Assembly (NCBI GenBank): GCA_964036045.1
Contig: OZ038378.1
Coordinates: 7,068,001-7,132,000, forward strand
DNA from: Eutreptiella sp. 'Long Island Sound 2002'
Taxonomy: Eukaryota > Protista > Euglenida
Direction: 5' to 3'
DNA: 64,000 nucleotides
Numbering within the stretch: the stretch's first letter is position 1; each line of letters begins with the position of its first letter. The notes under the pieces are model-generated. The model did not search any database. It was not told the origin of the DNA and was given only the letters and a program-made list of their open reading frames with translations. Below are positions 43,301 through 55,300 of the stretch, in pieces. The translations under genes and the position numbers were made by a program.

Positions 43301-46300
43301 TAAAATGAATTGGCATAAATCAGGGCAGGTGGTTGGGTTTTGTCATGCACCTGCCCAGAAACATCTTCCTTTTGGATGTTCTGCACTTGTAGTCCTGTGG
43401 AAACCCAAATTATGTCACATCTATTGGAAAGAAAATTCTCCTTGCACTGTGTGCCACCCATGAGCAGGTGTGCAGTAGATTGGTGCAGTGTCCCAGTGGT
43501 ATATGCACTTGCCTGCAGAAGAAAAGAGGCTGGTTCAAATTCCGCCATTGCAAGCTGCCGAGGCGCTTTTTTTGGACATCAGCCCAGTGATAAAATTGTT
43601 GTCTCGGTTCCGAACTAAACCTGAGCACATCAGCAGGACACTGGAAACAAAGAAAACATTGGTGGAAATGGAAACCAAGGCCTACAGCCACTCCTCTGGT
43701 CGTTTGCTGGGGCGCAGGCACTACCCAACTCCTCCTATTGTAAATTGATGGTCACCGAAGTCACCGAATGTAAAAAACTACCATACCACCGGTCACCGAA
43801 ATCCCGGCTACTTAGGAGGCCTGCAACTGCAGCACAATTTTTGGCTGGAGAAATGGAAGCGGCCTGAAAACACCAAGATTCATGCATGTATGGCAGCATC
43901 CTTGCTCCGATGTGCTTCCCAAAAGGCTGGCGCCACTCCCGAATAACCAACTGTAAGCCCTGCAATCCAGCACAGCCCTGCACCTGGCCTGTTGCATAAT
44001 ACTGCAAATTGTCCATCTGAGACAGAGCATTGAAGATGGTTGAAGGCCGATCTGTGGATGGATCACAAGGGCCCTCTGATATGTTGTGACAGCTCCAACA
44101 CTGTGTATCAAAATTGAAGGACAACAGGTCGCTGAAAAAGGCTTGTGGCTGAGAAAAGATGGCAACAGATGGACTCAAATACTTGCTGAGCATGCCATGC
44201 CATGCTAGGCAGTGGTGCAGTAAGCAACCATTGATGCAGCAAGACAAACGTCCCCTAGAAAGCCATATTTGCAGGAGTTGTTGCGGTGTGGAGAGCTTAC
44301 ATGGGTATCCCAGCTCAGGTGGAGAGTCAAAAATTGCAGACCCTTCCTTCGGCCGATTCTGTGCAATGCCCTCCTCAATGCAAATCTGGCGAATCCCAAG
44401 GAAAACTGCCGAGGCAGCCTGTGCCCTAAATACCCAATGGCCAAATGGGGCGAAACAGCACATACAGAGAGTGCAAAACCTGCTTTACAAGGGGCTTTCA
44501 ACAATTGTGATTGGTCACAACATGAAAAGGTACATCTGGAATTTTCGGTGTCCCGGCCATTTTAAACATGTCCATGCATCTATGTACAGGGGTCAGAGAG
44601 CGAGGAGTGGGCCACAACTCAGTCCTGGCACCTGCCCCCTGCCATGAACAACACATACAGACAGCATGCTTTACAGGTGGGTTTTGATAATTGCGATTGG
44701 CTACCGTACCAAAAAAATAGGTGTTGGAATTTTCCGTGTTTGGGCCGTTGAGGCTGAAAACTGACATTGTGCATTGGCCCCCACCCCCCGCCCAACCCCC
44801 CAATCGGCAAACAAATCCCACAAAATCTGCGGAACAACTTGGCATTTTTGCCCAAAAAAACGTGCCATGGACCACACGCCATGTGGAAAAAAAATGCACT
44901 TCCTGGTTTGTATGTCATGGTTGAGCAGGTGCATGTCAAAGATTGGTGGTACCTCAGTGGTATATGCCCTGCACCCATGTCAGGGCCAAATGTACCAGTA
45001 CTGGTGCCCTATGTTGAGGAGGGGGGGTGTCTTTGTTGAGTGGTCCTATTGGTGGAATTGCTAGCAGAGCCCACACAAAGAACAAACAGAGCAAAAGAAA
45101 GACAAAGTTGCGTGGCAGGGTTCTTGGCAAGGGTGATCGAGAGAGCCTGGTCACCGACTCGGCACGTTGTCTTCTTGACCACGCCAAAAAAAGCATTTCT
45201 GGAGGCATAGAGTCCCGCTGACAGTGTCAAGAACATGCAACTCGTCAAAAAATGTGCTTGTACAACCCAATATTTCCAGGGTTCTGATCAAAGAAAAAAT
45301 CCTCCAAACAGGTGGCATATTCCAACCAAAAAACCCCTCAAATACCCTTGGTGCTTTCTCATGGCCAGGTTGGTCAAACAACATTGCTGGAAACATGATT
45401 TCATTCAAAAAAACAAACAAGGAGAAAACCTTTTCTTCTACCCTTACTGCACAGTGTAGACACTGATACACCCAGCAGAAAAAGAGTATGGTGCCTAGTT
45501 AAATTGGGGAAATAGGGCTGGAACCTGTAAATAGGCAAAACTTTGCCCAACATGGAGTTCCCTACAACACCAGACTCAAAATGGTATTGTAGAATGTGAC
45601 ACAGTTCACAAATACAGATTTGTCACCAGGACCAATGCTATTTTCACAAGCCAAATCAAGACTTACAATTAGGGCCGAACTGGGTCCTAATCTTGCTCAA
45701 TCTTGCACAAAATTGCCATGGAAGAAAAACGGCCCTCGTTGGAGACGCGTACATGACACACTGGCCATTGTCCTGAATGTTCAGGATGGTGTTGCTGAAA
45801 ACTGGCTGAAAACCCCTCATTTTCACTTCAGAATGGACTGCCACATAGCACCATGGGGTTAGCAATGCCTCATTGAACACCCATTTGCAATCATTTGATG
45901 CTCCAATCAATGTGAAAAAAGAACGGCCCTAATTGGAGACATGTACTTGACAAACCGGCGATTGCCCTGAACTTTCAGGACGATCTACCTGAAAATAGGC
46001 TGAAAACGGTCATTTTTGAACACCAACTTGGCCATATAACAGACTCGGCAGCTCAAAATTACACAAAACTTGTTTCAGATGGTGCAAATTCACTGTGCCG
46101 TCACTTTGAGCTTCTTGGATGCCTTGAGCCATTTTTTGGTGCCTGCTTGCTGCTGTTGCTGCTGCTGGGAAACCCAGCTGGGTAAACGGGATTGCATATG
46201 GTCAATTTTTTTGTGATGCCACGTAGAGTCGCCTAAGATCACAGGTTGGGTAGAATGAAATACTGAATGACAAACACTGAACGATGCATCATCAGCATTG

Positions 46301-49300
46301 CAGACAACCCCGCAGAGGGGTGAAAACCATCCCTCCAAACGCTCAAAAATCTACGTCCTGCACAATGCTAGGGACAAGACCTGCAGGTCTGCAATATTGA
46401 GGTCTGGGCGTGTAATATCTGTGCTCAGATCCAATCCCAGAGGAGTATGAGCAGCAGCATTGTTTCTCTCTCCCCCGAAAAGAAACACCCAATGGTCACA
46501 TGTAACAGTAGCTGGGAAGTCTCTGAGCACGGGAACGTAGGCCTGTAAGGATGTGAACACACAATTCTGGATCAAGCAAGGAACATGTGAATGACAAACT
46601 GCGCTGGCACAGGCACAAACCAATGCAGAGGCATGTCACTGGCCAGCCGTTTTGCACAGTAGAGCATTGCAAATTGTAAAGTGCAAGCAACCTAGAAACT
46701 AAACGTCTTGGTGTACTAGGGCAGTGTCCAACACAGACAGACATCTGCTGACCCAGCAGGCCTGCAAACATCTGTTTCCTCAAACGGAAGTGTTCTGCAT
46801 TGGGCTTGCTCTGCAATGTAAGAGTATCCTGTACTTTGCCTGCTTTGGGCACGGCGTCATTGGTGTGGCATCCATGGGGAACACCTTGCAACGGCCAAAT
46901 GCCAGACGTAGTCGGCCATTACTGGGACCAGGTCTTCAGCTGAGGCTCAAAAATGTGTGTAAAATGGGTTGTTGCTTCCTTAGGCTTTTGCACAGCTGGG
47001 TTTTGGCCAGAACCAGATCCACCAGTGCTTGCCACTATCCCTTGTCTCTAAACTGAATGGTGGCGACTTCTGTTCAGCTTCACCTGTGCAGTGCTGTACT
47101 CTACACTTCTTGCAGAACTGTGTTTGTGTGAAACTTCCTGCACCCTGCACTGCAAGTCTCCTGTTTCTGGCTGCATGAGGCCACAGCAAGGGGGCGGTGC
47201 ACCAGGAACATGGTGATGGAGGTGAGATGTAGTAGGGGCTAAGCAGGGGTGGTGGACACAGCTGATTGGCCGTAGCTTGTCCACTGCTTTGTTGCCCCCC
47301 CCCCCCCCCCCCCACCCAAATCGCCGAAAAAATCCCAACAAACATTGGCGGCAGAAATCGGTGGACCGATTATTTGGTCAAACAGCTTCCCAGTGACCTG
47401 GATCCCGGTTCCAGGCCCCAAACACACCTTCGTTTTGATTGCTGTGTACTTAAGAGTCATGTGGAATCGGAAAATATCACTCTATTTTCGAGAAAAAATT
47501 TGTTCCCTCAGTCCCTACATGGTCCCTAAGCAATAGTATGTCAATGTCGGTCGTTGGTCTAGTGGTAAATGCACTGGCTGACAATGGACATGTCGGTGGT
47601 TCATTTTCTGGTACAACACTTTTCGTCACCTGTCCTGCAGTCGTCAATCTGATGAGAAAATTGGTTTTTCATGCACAAAACTGCGTGAAGAAGACAGATG
47701 CACACAGGCTTCCCATTACAACATCACTGGCCTTGGAGTGGTCAATTTGGTGGGAAAAATGTTTTTTCGCGCACCAACAAAGGCTGCCAGAAGAAGACAA
47801 ATGGATTGCACAGGATTGCAGACAGAAATACCTTCTCACCATCCCCATCACTAATAGTGTTAAAGGTCTTCCACTCCACTTTTGAATTTTCTGGTACATT
47901 CAGTTGCAGATACGCAGAGGTTGCACCCAGACTCCATAGTTGCATACGCTCCGCATCAACAGCCATGCAAAATGAATCTTGTGGGACCACCGCCCTCGTC
48001 AATGCTGCTGGGTTGTAAACAGTGCGCCAAGACAGAATACTGCAAAGAGTGCACGCAAAAATCCTCCTTATCCAAAGATTGACACCAGCCGCGTTGAGCA
48101 GGCCTCACAGCAGGTGATCACATTCTACCCAATCAGAAGCCCTAGGTAAGCCTAGCGAGGCCTTGCGGGAAAAAAAGGCATCCACACCCGACGACTGTTG
48201 AGCCGTAACTGATGCACTGCCGTGCCACAGGTGACTGGATATGCAGACAACACCTATGCCTTCTGAGGAAGACCAAAACCTCACAAAGACTCAGAGCTTG
48301 CTAGGAAAACTACACAAAGTGCCCATGGTTCCAGGAGCCCTGTGACAAGCAAATCACCTGAAATTAAAGGCAAACACCATGGTATTCAAGGTTTGATGGT
48401 TCCCCTGATGGTAAGTATAACCCCCATATATGTACATCGTGTTGTTGATGATGGCTGCTGAGTGATTGTACAGTAGAGGCCCTGCATCAAAAGGAACAGA
48501 TTGCACTATGCCTGCTGTCATCAGCGTAACACCCTGGAGAAGGGGAAGAAAGGAAGAGTGTCATTAACCCATCCAACCAGGAGCGAGATATCTGCCAACG
48601 ACCGGCGAAAACAATGCCACGCAGACAGAGAGCAGCAACCACCAGACATGAAATAACACACCCTCTGTTGGAGCCACTGGGTCAATTGCCTGCAACCTTG
48701 CTGAAGGTGAGAGTGGTTGGGCTGCAGAGCCGAGCCGAGACCATTCTTGTGTTGCAAAAGAGAATTCAAAGAGATGGGGAGAGATCAATCCCCCGCCGAT
48801 CTTCCCACCAAAGACCACCATAGAATTCCGCGTTGGATGTACAGCTGCAGAAATAAACAAAATCCATCTGCTGACTGGTCACCAAGCAATCAGACAGCAA
48901 TGCACAGGCACATGAGACCCAAACATGAAGAAATTTCAATACAATCGTATCAACCAACCAACCAACTTGCCGCATTACACAAATAGCGGAAGCACAGGCA
49001 GCGCTGGCGCCTGTGCCCACATGGCACGTTTCAGCTCCATATCAACAGGGTGATACCAATTGCTGGTTTGGACGAACCAGAACGTATGGTTGCTCGCAAC
49101 TTCAACCATTTACACAGTGTACCCAAGGCGCCAAAGAAAACTTGTGCTCTAAACAAATTGGCGCCAGAGAAATTTTTTGATTGGCCAAACCCGGAAGAAA
49201 ATTTGGCCCAATCTTTTGCGGTGGGCGGGTGGGTGTAGGACCCCCCACTTCAGCCCCCCACCCCCCAGTGGTGCCGAGTTGTTAAAAGGAGCCCTGCCCT

Positions 49301-52300
49301 CACCCCCACCCCATGAAAATTGTCTGAAATTGCCTGGCACAGTCCCTCCTTGCAGAGCATGCATGGAGCATGGCAAGATGACAGCTGTAAAAAGCAATTG
49401 GTTGGGGACCAGCCTTCAAGCATTGTGCCAAAATCCATTGAACCTCTCGGTTGCCAGAAGACTCTGTTAGTACTGTCACTGCTGCTGCTGGAGATGAGCG
49501 ACGCTTTACCACACAAGTCAGGCATTGTTGAACATTTGCATTGTTTAACAGCAGTATGGTCTTTAAAAAAAGGTGGGGAAGAGTCGAGAGCAGGAGAGGG
49601 GAGGAAGGAGGTGCAGAGTCCCCCCAATGAAAAGGGGGACCCACATTGACAAGGCACCGTTTACTGTGTTCGGTTACACATTAGAAGGGGAGAATGGGGG
49701 GGGGGGGGACAGGGGGGGGCTACTGTAGTACGGAGGAGGGGCGCCACGCAACTTGGGACAAGTGGCTGCCCCCTGTAACCCAAGTTGATCAAGGTGAGCA
49801 AATGCACTGATTCCACAACTTACTCATCATCCATTTCCGGGCACTCGGATGAAGATGGGCGTGATGATGAGTCCCTTTCTCCTTCATGGTGCCTCAGCCC
49901 ATAACATGGCGGTCTACCAAGCTCAGCAACCGACCCACCCAGAAGAGCTGACACCCCCACACACCCCTGGGAGGGTATCCCCTCCGAGAGGCACTTTCCC
50001 CAACATCGGGGGAAAACCAGGCAAACCCACCCACCCATCCTCAGACCCCCGCCCCCCGGGTATAGTATCAACAAGCCACTATGCAATGGCCTGTCCCCGA
50101 ACCACCTGAGTGCAGCATATTGTCGCAATACTATTCGGCATGAAACTGCTCTTTCTGCATCCTGGGCAATCCAACGGAATCACGACAAGCAAACACAAAC
50201 AACGAAAAAACAGGAGACTGCTGCAATACAGGCCCAAAAAGCGCTAAAACCTGGGGTTGTGCATGCAACCTCCTGTGCTTCCTTGCTGCTTGCAAAAAGA
50301 TAGGCTTTACCCTGAAATGATGCCATTCCCCCATGTGTGGATCTGTGACTATTGTTCTCCAGGGAATGGTGTGGCTTCTGATACTGGGGGTGTCTGCCGC
50401 TGCACCTTTGCTTGCTTCATCTGCTGAACCCTGTCTTTTTGTTTCTGACTGTTGCATGCAGTTCATGTTGAAAAGTGTTTGGCGAATGTGCACATTGGTC
50501 TGGTGTCCAACATTTGATACCATGGGCAAACCGTTCCACGTGCAACAAAACAACAAGCAACGAAACTCAACTCAGTAAGACCAGTGGTTGGCACAAACAA
50601 ACAGGGCTGGAAGAAGGAGACGATGGAAAACACACAACACTGATGCACACTGCTTGACCTTTCAGGGATCTTATCATTGTAACCTGAGCCTCAGACGCCT
50701 CACCCCACCCCAACCGCACCTCAATGATTACATCAATCCTGTACCCTGAATACACAAACACGTGGTGCTTGCTTTGCAAAGCACGCACCTGCAGAGTGGC
50801 AGCAAAGAAATGGTGCCGAAGGGTTGTTGATTTGGCTACTGCTCATATGATTGGTGCTGACTTGCATGGCCACCTTCTTCCAGGTTGGAGGGTTCTCTCG
50901 AAGCGACAAAGCAAACATGTCATTCAGAAACATGTTGTCCTCATTGATGCCACCTTGATACAGAGGACCACGGGGGGAGGGGGATGGGGTTGAGCATACC
51001 AACATATGGGGGGGGGGGGGGGGTTCTTCAGGGGCACATCCAGGTTCTGGTTCTGGTTGTGGTAAGACACCAGGCCCGTTGCCCTGCACCTCATGTGGCA
51101 CAGATGGCCTAATACCATAGGCGTTAGGTTTGAGGCGCCACCGCCACTCTTGGCCACGTACAGTGCCACAAGATCTCTCAGGGCCAGCTGGGGCCCTTGC
51201 CACCCATACGGGCGCCGCTGTCTCCTTTGGCTCCCTCTGCTCTTATCATGGGCAACGTCTACTCGTCCCTTTTGACCTTGGCCCTGATCTGAGGGGCCTC
51301 ACTGACCCAACATCGTTGCTATAGGAGAGGTGGCGGCTCTAGCACCCATACCTGTCACCTTTCATCCATCGCCTCTTGCTCATCTCTGCGGCCTCCACCG
51401 CCCCAGAAAATTGCGGCTCCCGTGTGCACAGGGGTAGGTGTTGACCTTCACCGTTCACCTTCCGGGTTCCCCCTGAGCTTTTCCCGGCCACTACTGGGCG
51501 AGCCTCTCTCTCAGCTCACTTGCTCCTACACAGCCACCGACCGCTTAACTCCAACCGCCACGCTCTCTTTCTGGGCCACTGGTCTCTGGGTCAAGCCTCT
51601 CGCCGCTCACCTGCTCCAGTACCTGGGTTCGAAGCATAAACCTTGGACCACGGCTCTCCATCCACCACGTTCTCTGCCTGGGCCATTGGACTTTGGGCTA
51701 AGCCTCTCACTGCTCGCTCGCTCCAGTGTGTGTTAGGGCTCAAAGGTGCCATCTCCGACCATTGCTCTCCTGCAGCGATGCTTTCTCCCCTGGCAACTAG
51801 ACTCCAATTGAGCCTGCTCCAATGTGTACTAGGGCTCGAGCCAGCGACGTCTGACAGCTTCCATGTTCTCTCCCCTGCTGATTGGACTCTGGGATGAGCC
51901 TATTGCCGCTCGCCTGCTCTCGTGTGTACTGGGGTATTGAAGCAGCGACATTCGGCAGCATACATGGCATTAGCGTCCGTTTAAACGGACGCTTACGGAC
52001 GCACCCAAAAATCAAAACGGACGCAAACGGACGCACCCCAAAACTGAAACGGACGCAAACGGACGCACCCAATCTGGAAAAACATGTCACTGCTCACAAC
52101 ACACCACGTGCCCTCATAAATTCTACAATATGCAGGGAAAGTCAAAAAAAAAAAAGCAAAAAAAAATTTCCCATTGTGTTCCTGAACCTGCCTACAGTGC
52201 TGTAGAAGAACCCCGCTGGGGTGTGAACCCAGGATCTTCCAGTTGCAGGACGCTGCTTTACCATTAGGGTAGGGCCCATCTCTGGCATACTTCCGCACAG

Positions 52301-55300
52301 GGGTGGTATTCATATTTGGTCCAATTTAGTTTTCATCCACTATTGGGTTTTCTTAAAAAGCTGAGTATTTTGAGTATAGACACATGGTGTGAAAACCCAA
52401 TTTTTCACCCTCTACTCAGTCAAGCAAAATTTCCTTAGCGCCCGTGGTCCGGCACTTCCGGGGCAAAACCTGGCAGGGAGGGGGGGGAGGGAGTCGGCGT
52501 AAAGGGTCCGGTCCCGGCAGCCCCCCTGTGGGTGTCATGCTAGTCCAAAGCACTCTATGTGGCCGGCCATCATACCTGCACAAACACACCCAAAAAGGAA
52601 AAACGGACGCAAACGGACGCACCCACAAATCAAAACGGACGCGAACGGACGCACTCAGAACTCAAAACGGACGCAAACGGACGAGTACCCATATCAAAAC
52701 GGACGTTAATGCCATGTATGTTCGGCAGCACACCTGCGGTGTTACCACTAAGCTGTAGCACACACTTGCCCACCACCTCTCGCCATACGGGCGGGTCACT
52801 CGCCAGGCCATGCGACGCCCGCAATGCCCACACAAGTGTTGTCTCCTTGCTCAGAGGGCTACACGTAGCCTGTCCGCTACTCATACCAGGACTAGGCATA
52901 AGGATACTGTCGCATCCCTGCGGCCGTTTGTCGACGCAGTTGGTCTGCCGCTCGCCCCACCGGTTTGTCGTTGGCCGACGCATGGCACCGTGGGAGCTTG
53001 CCCTGGTGGCCCGGGGCACAGCGCCCCACTCCTTTTATTGCCACTGCGGCTCCTTTTTCTAGGTTAGTTTCATTCAATTGCAGGGCAGTGCATACATTAC
53101 AAGGGAGAGCTGGTAAATTTGGTACTCACGCTTTTGGTGGCTTCGCACTGCACATACAGTACCTCCACAAGGGAGAGCTCTTGCCATTTGGTACCCATGC
53201 CTCTGGTGGCAGCACAGTGCATACATTCATTGCCTCACACGATGCACTGTAGCTGCCCAGGGCTTTGGCGAGCTGAGGGTTTCATTCCACTACCAACAAA
53301 GCTCAAGGGCTTTAGCTTAGCCCAGAAATGTTCATCACAAAAGCACAGGGCAAGGGCATGGCGACCCACTGAAAGATATCATACTGCTGGTACCAATGCT
53401 TGTACACTGTCTGAAAGTAAAGCAAGGAGGACAACCAAGAAAAGGGATGCCCCATGGAGCACAAGCGTGTCAGAATGGGCAGGGGGCAAAAAATTAAGTT
53501 TTGCTTTTTTTCGGGAAGTGCAGGTAGCTCAGGCATCTCCCCAACACCCGTCACCAAAGCTTTTGATGAGCTGACAGGTTGGTCCAAGAAAGCTTGTTTT
53601 TTCCCGATTTGGGGGGTTTTTTTTTCATTGCTTCAGGCACTGTTGGCAAGGGCAAGGGCAGGCTTTGGCGCGCAACCCTCCCCTCGCCAAGCCCAATGTG
53701 TAGTGACAAATGCAAGATGGGGCAGTTGGCCACTAAGACAAAACATCAGAAAAAATGGGAAAAGAGTTGTTTGCAGCTGGCAACCCCCTGGAGGGGGTGG
53801 CTTTGTCCAATACACACAATCTCGCCTGGACAACAACAGGCTTGAGTGAGAGAATATCACAACGCAATGGGCAGAGAGGATGGATGCCCCAAAAACGCAA
53901 CTGCAAGGAAGGGTCATACCATAGATAACCATTTTATGGTCCTTGACAACTGCAGAATGATGGATTCTTGGTTTTGGGAAGTACCCCAGGCACTCTAGTC
54001 GAAACCACTGCTGTGATTCAAGGCTGCACAAACGAGAAATGTCTGTCTGCTGCTTGAAATTGCTGCACAAGATGCTGTCCACCGCAAGAAATGATGCACG
54101 AGCTGTGTTGGGGTTCAGCAACCAAACCACCAAATCACTACTCCAAAGAACCTTTCTTTCTTCAAATGATGGCGGTTGGAGGATAACCGACAGTTGTCTC
54201 AAATTAAAAAGGGGATGGAAGGTTAATCAACTGTTACAACAAGAAAACGAGACTGCCCTGGTGATTTCATACATTCTATTGCCTTTGGTATGGCACTTTG
54301 AGGAGAGAGGAGCGACGTTGTGGGGAGGTCGTAAACTACAGGTAGATGAACAATCCCCATCGCAGTGGAAAACTGCCGGAGAGGTGCTTTTGGGGGCCTG
54401 TAATCATTATTAGGAGGGCCTGGTTGGTGCTACATTGGTTTATACATACTCCCATTGTCACCAAATGATCACCCAACAGCAGCCCAAGGGCCCACAGAGG
54501 TTGTTGGAGGTCAGCCGAAAATTGTGGTTTTTCAGCCAACGCATGGCGGCCTGAAAACGGCTACGTCCTTATGTCGTGGTGGGGGTGGTGGTGGGGCCCA
54601 TTAAGGGGGGCCGATCTTGGAAAATGGAGATAGCACTGGGACCCCTGTGATTGGTCAGGGGGTCCATGTAGAAGAAAAAAATGGAATGGGAACTGGGTCC
54701 CAAGGGACGCACAGCGGCGGCCAACCAAAAGCCAACCAAATACAAAACCGAAAACAGCAAGTTGAGGGGTTTCAAGGGGGCCCATGGGCCCAGGCTACAT
54801 GGTCCTAGCGGCCACTATGTGGGTCCCCATGGGTGCTTGAGTACCTGTGTTGTTACCAAATGATCACCCAAGCCCATCTGGGGCCGACGAAAAGGTTTTG
54901 GAAAAAGGTGAATTTTCTGTTGCCTTCGGCGCCCACCTCGCAAAGAATCTCCCCCGAGCAATGCACACCCAAATGACACACACAGCCAATACCCGTAGAA
55001 AACAAATACGGCCTAAAACATGCTTCATATAGTGAGGATGCTCATTTGGCGTGGTCATGATATAAAAAAAAATATGTTTCAGAAACTTCAATTTTTGAGC
55101 TGCCCGGGTGAAAAATTGCACGAGCAGGTTGTGTGTACCAATCTCTTGGGAGACACCCCCCCCAACATCCAATACCCAAACCGGGTGAAAAACACATAAA
55201 TACTGCCTGAAACATGCTTAACATAGCACGAATGGTCACAGTATCAAAAAAATAAGTCTTGGAAACTTCGATTGCTGAGCTTCCCAGGGTGAACAACTAC

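Noticed and set aside
49820-50788. Extra exon-like segments (HHVFVYSGY; ...GEWHHFR|GT; ...EMDDE|GTAAGT)
   Set aside because: The flanking exons already join into a clean Kelch blade, and I could not build a phase-consistent chain through these segments. Alternative splicing is not excluded.
16500-52276. Functional tRNA genes at the GGTTCGAATCC motifs
   Set aside because: Acceptor, anticodon and most T stems do not pair; anticodons vary between copies; all lie inside repeats. Reported as tRNA-derived modules.
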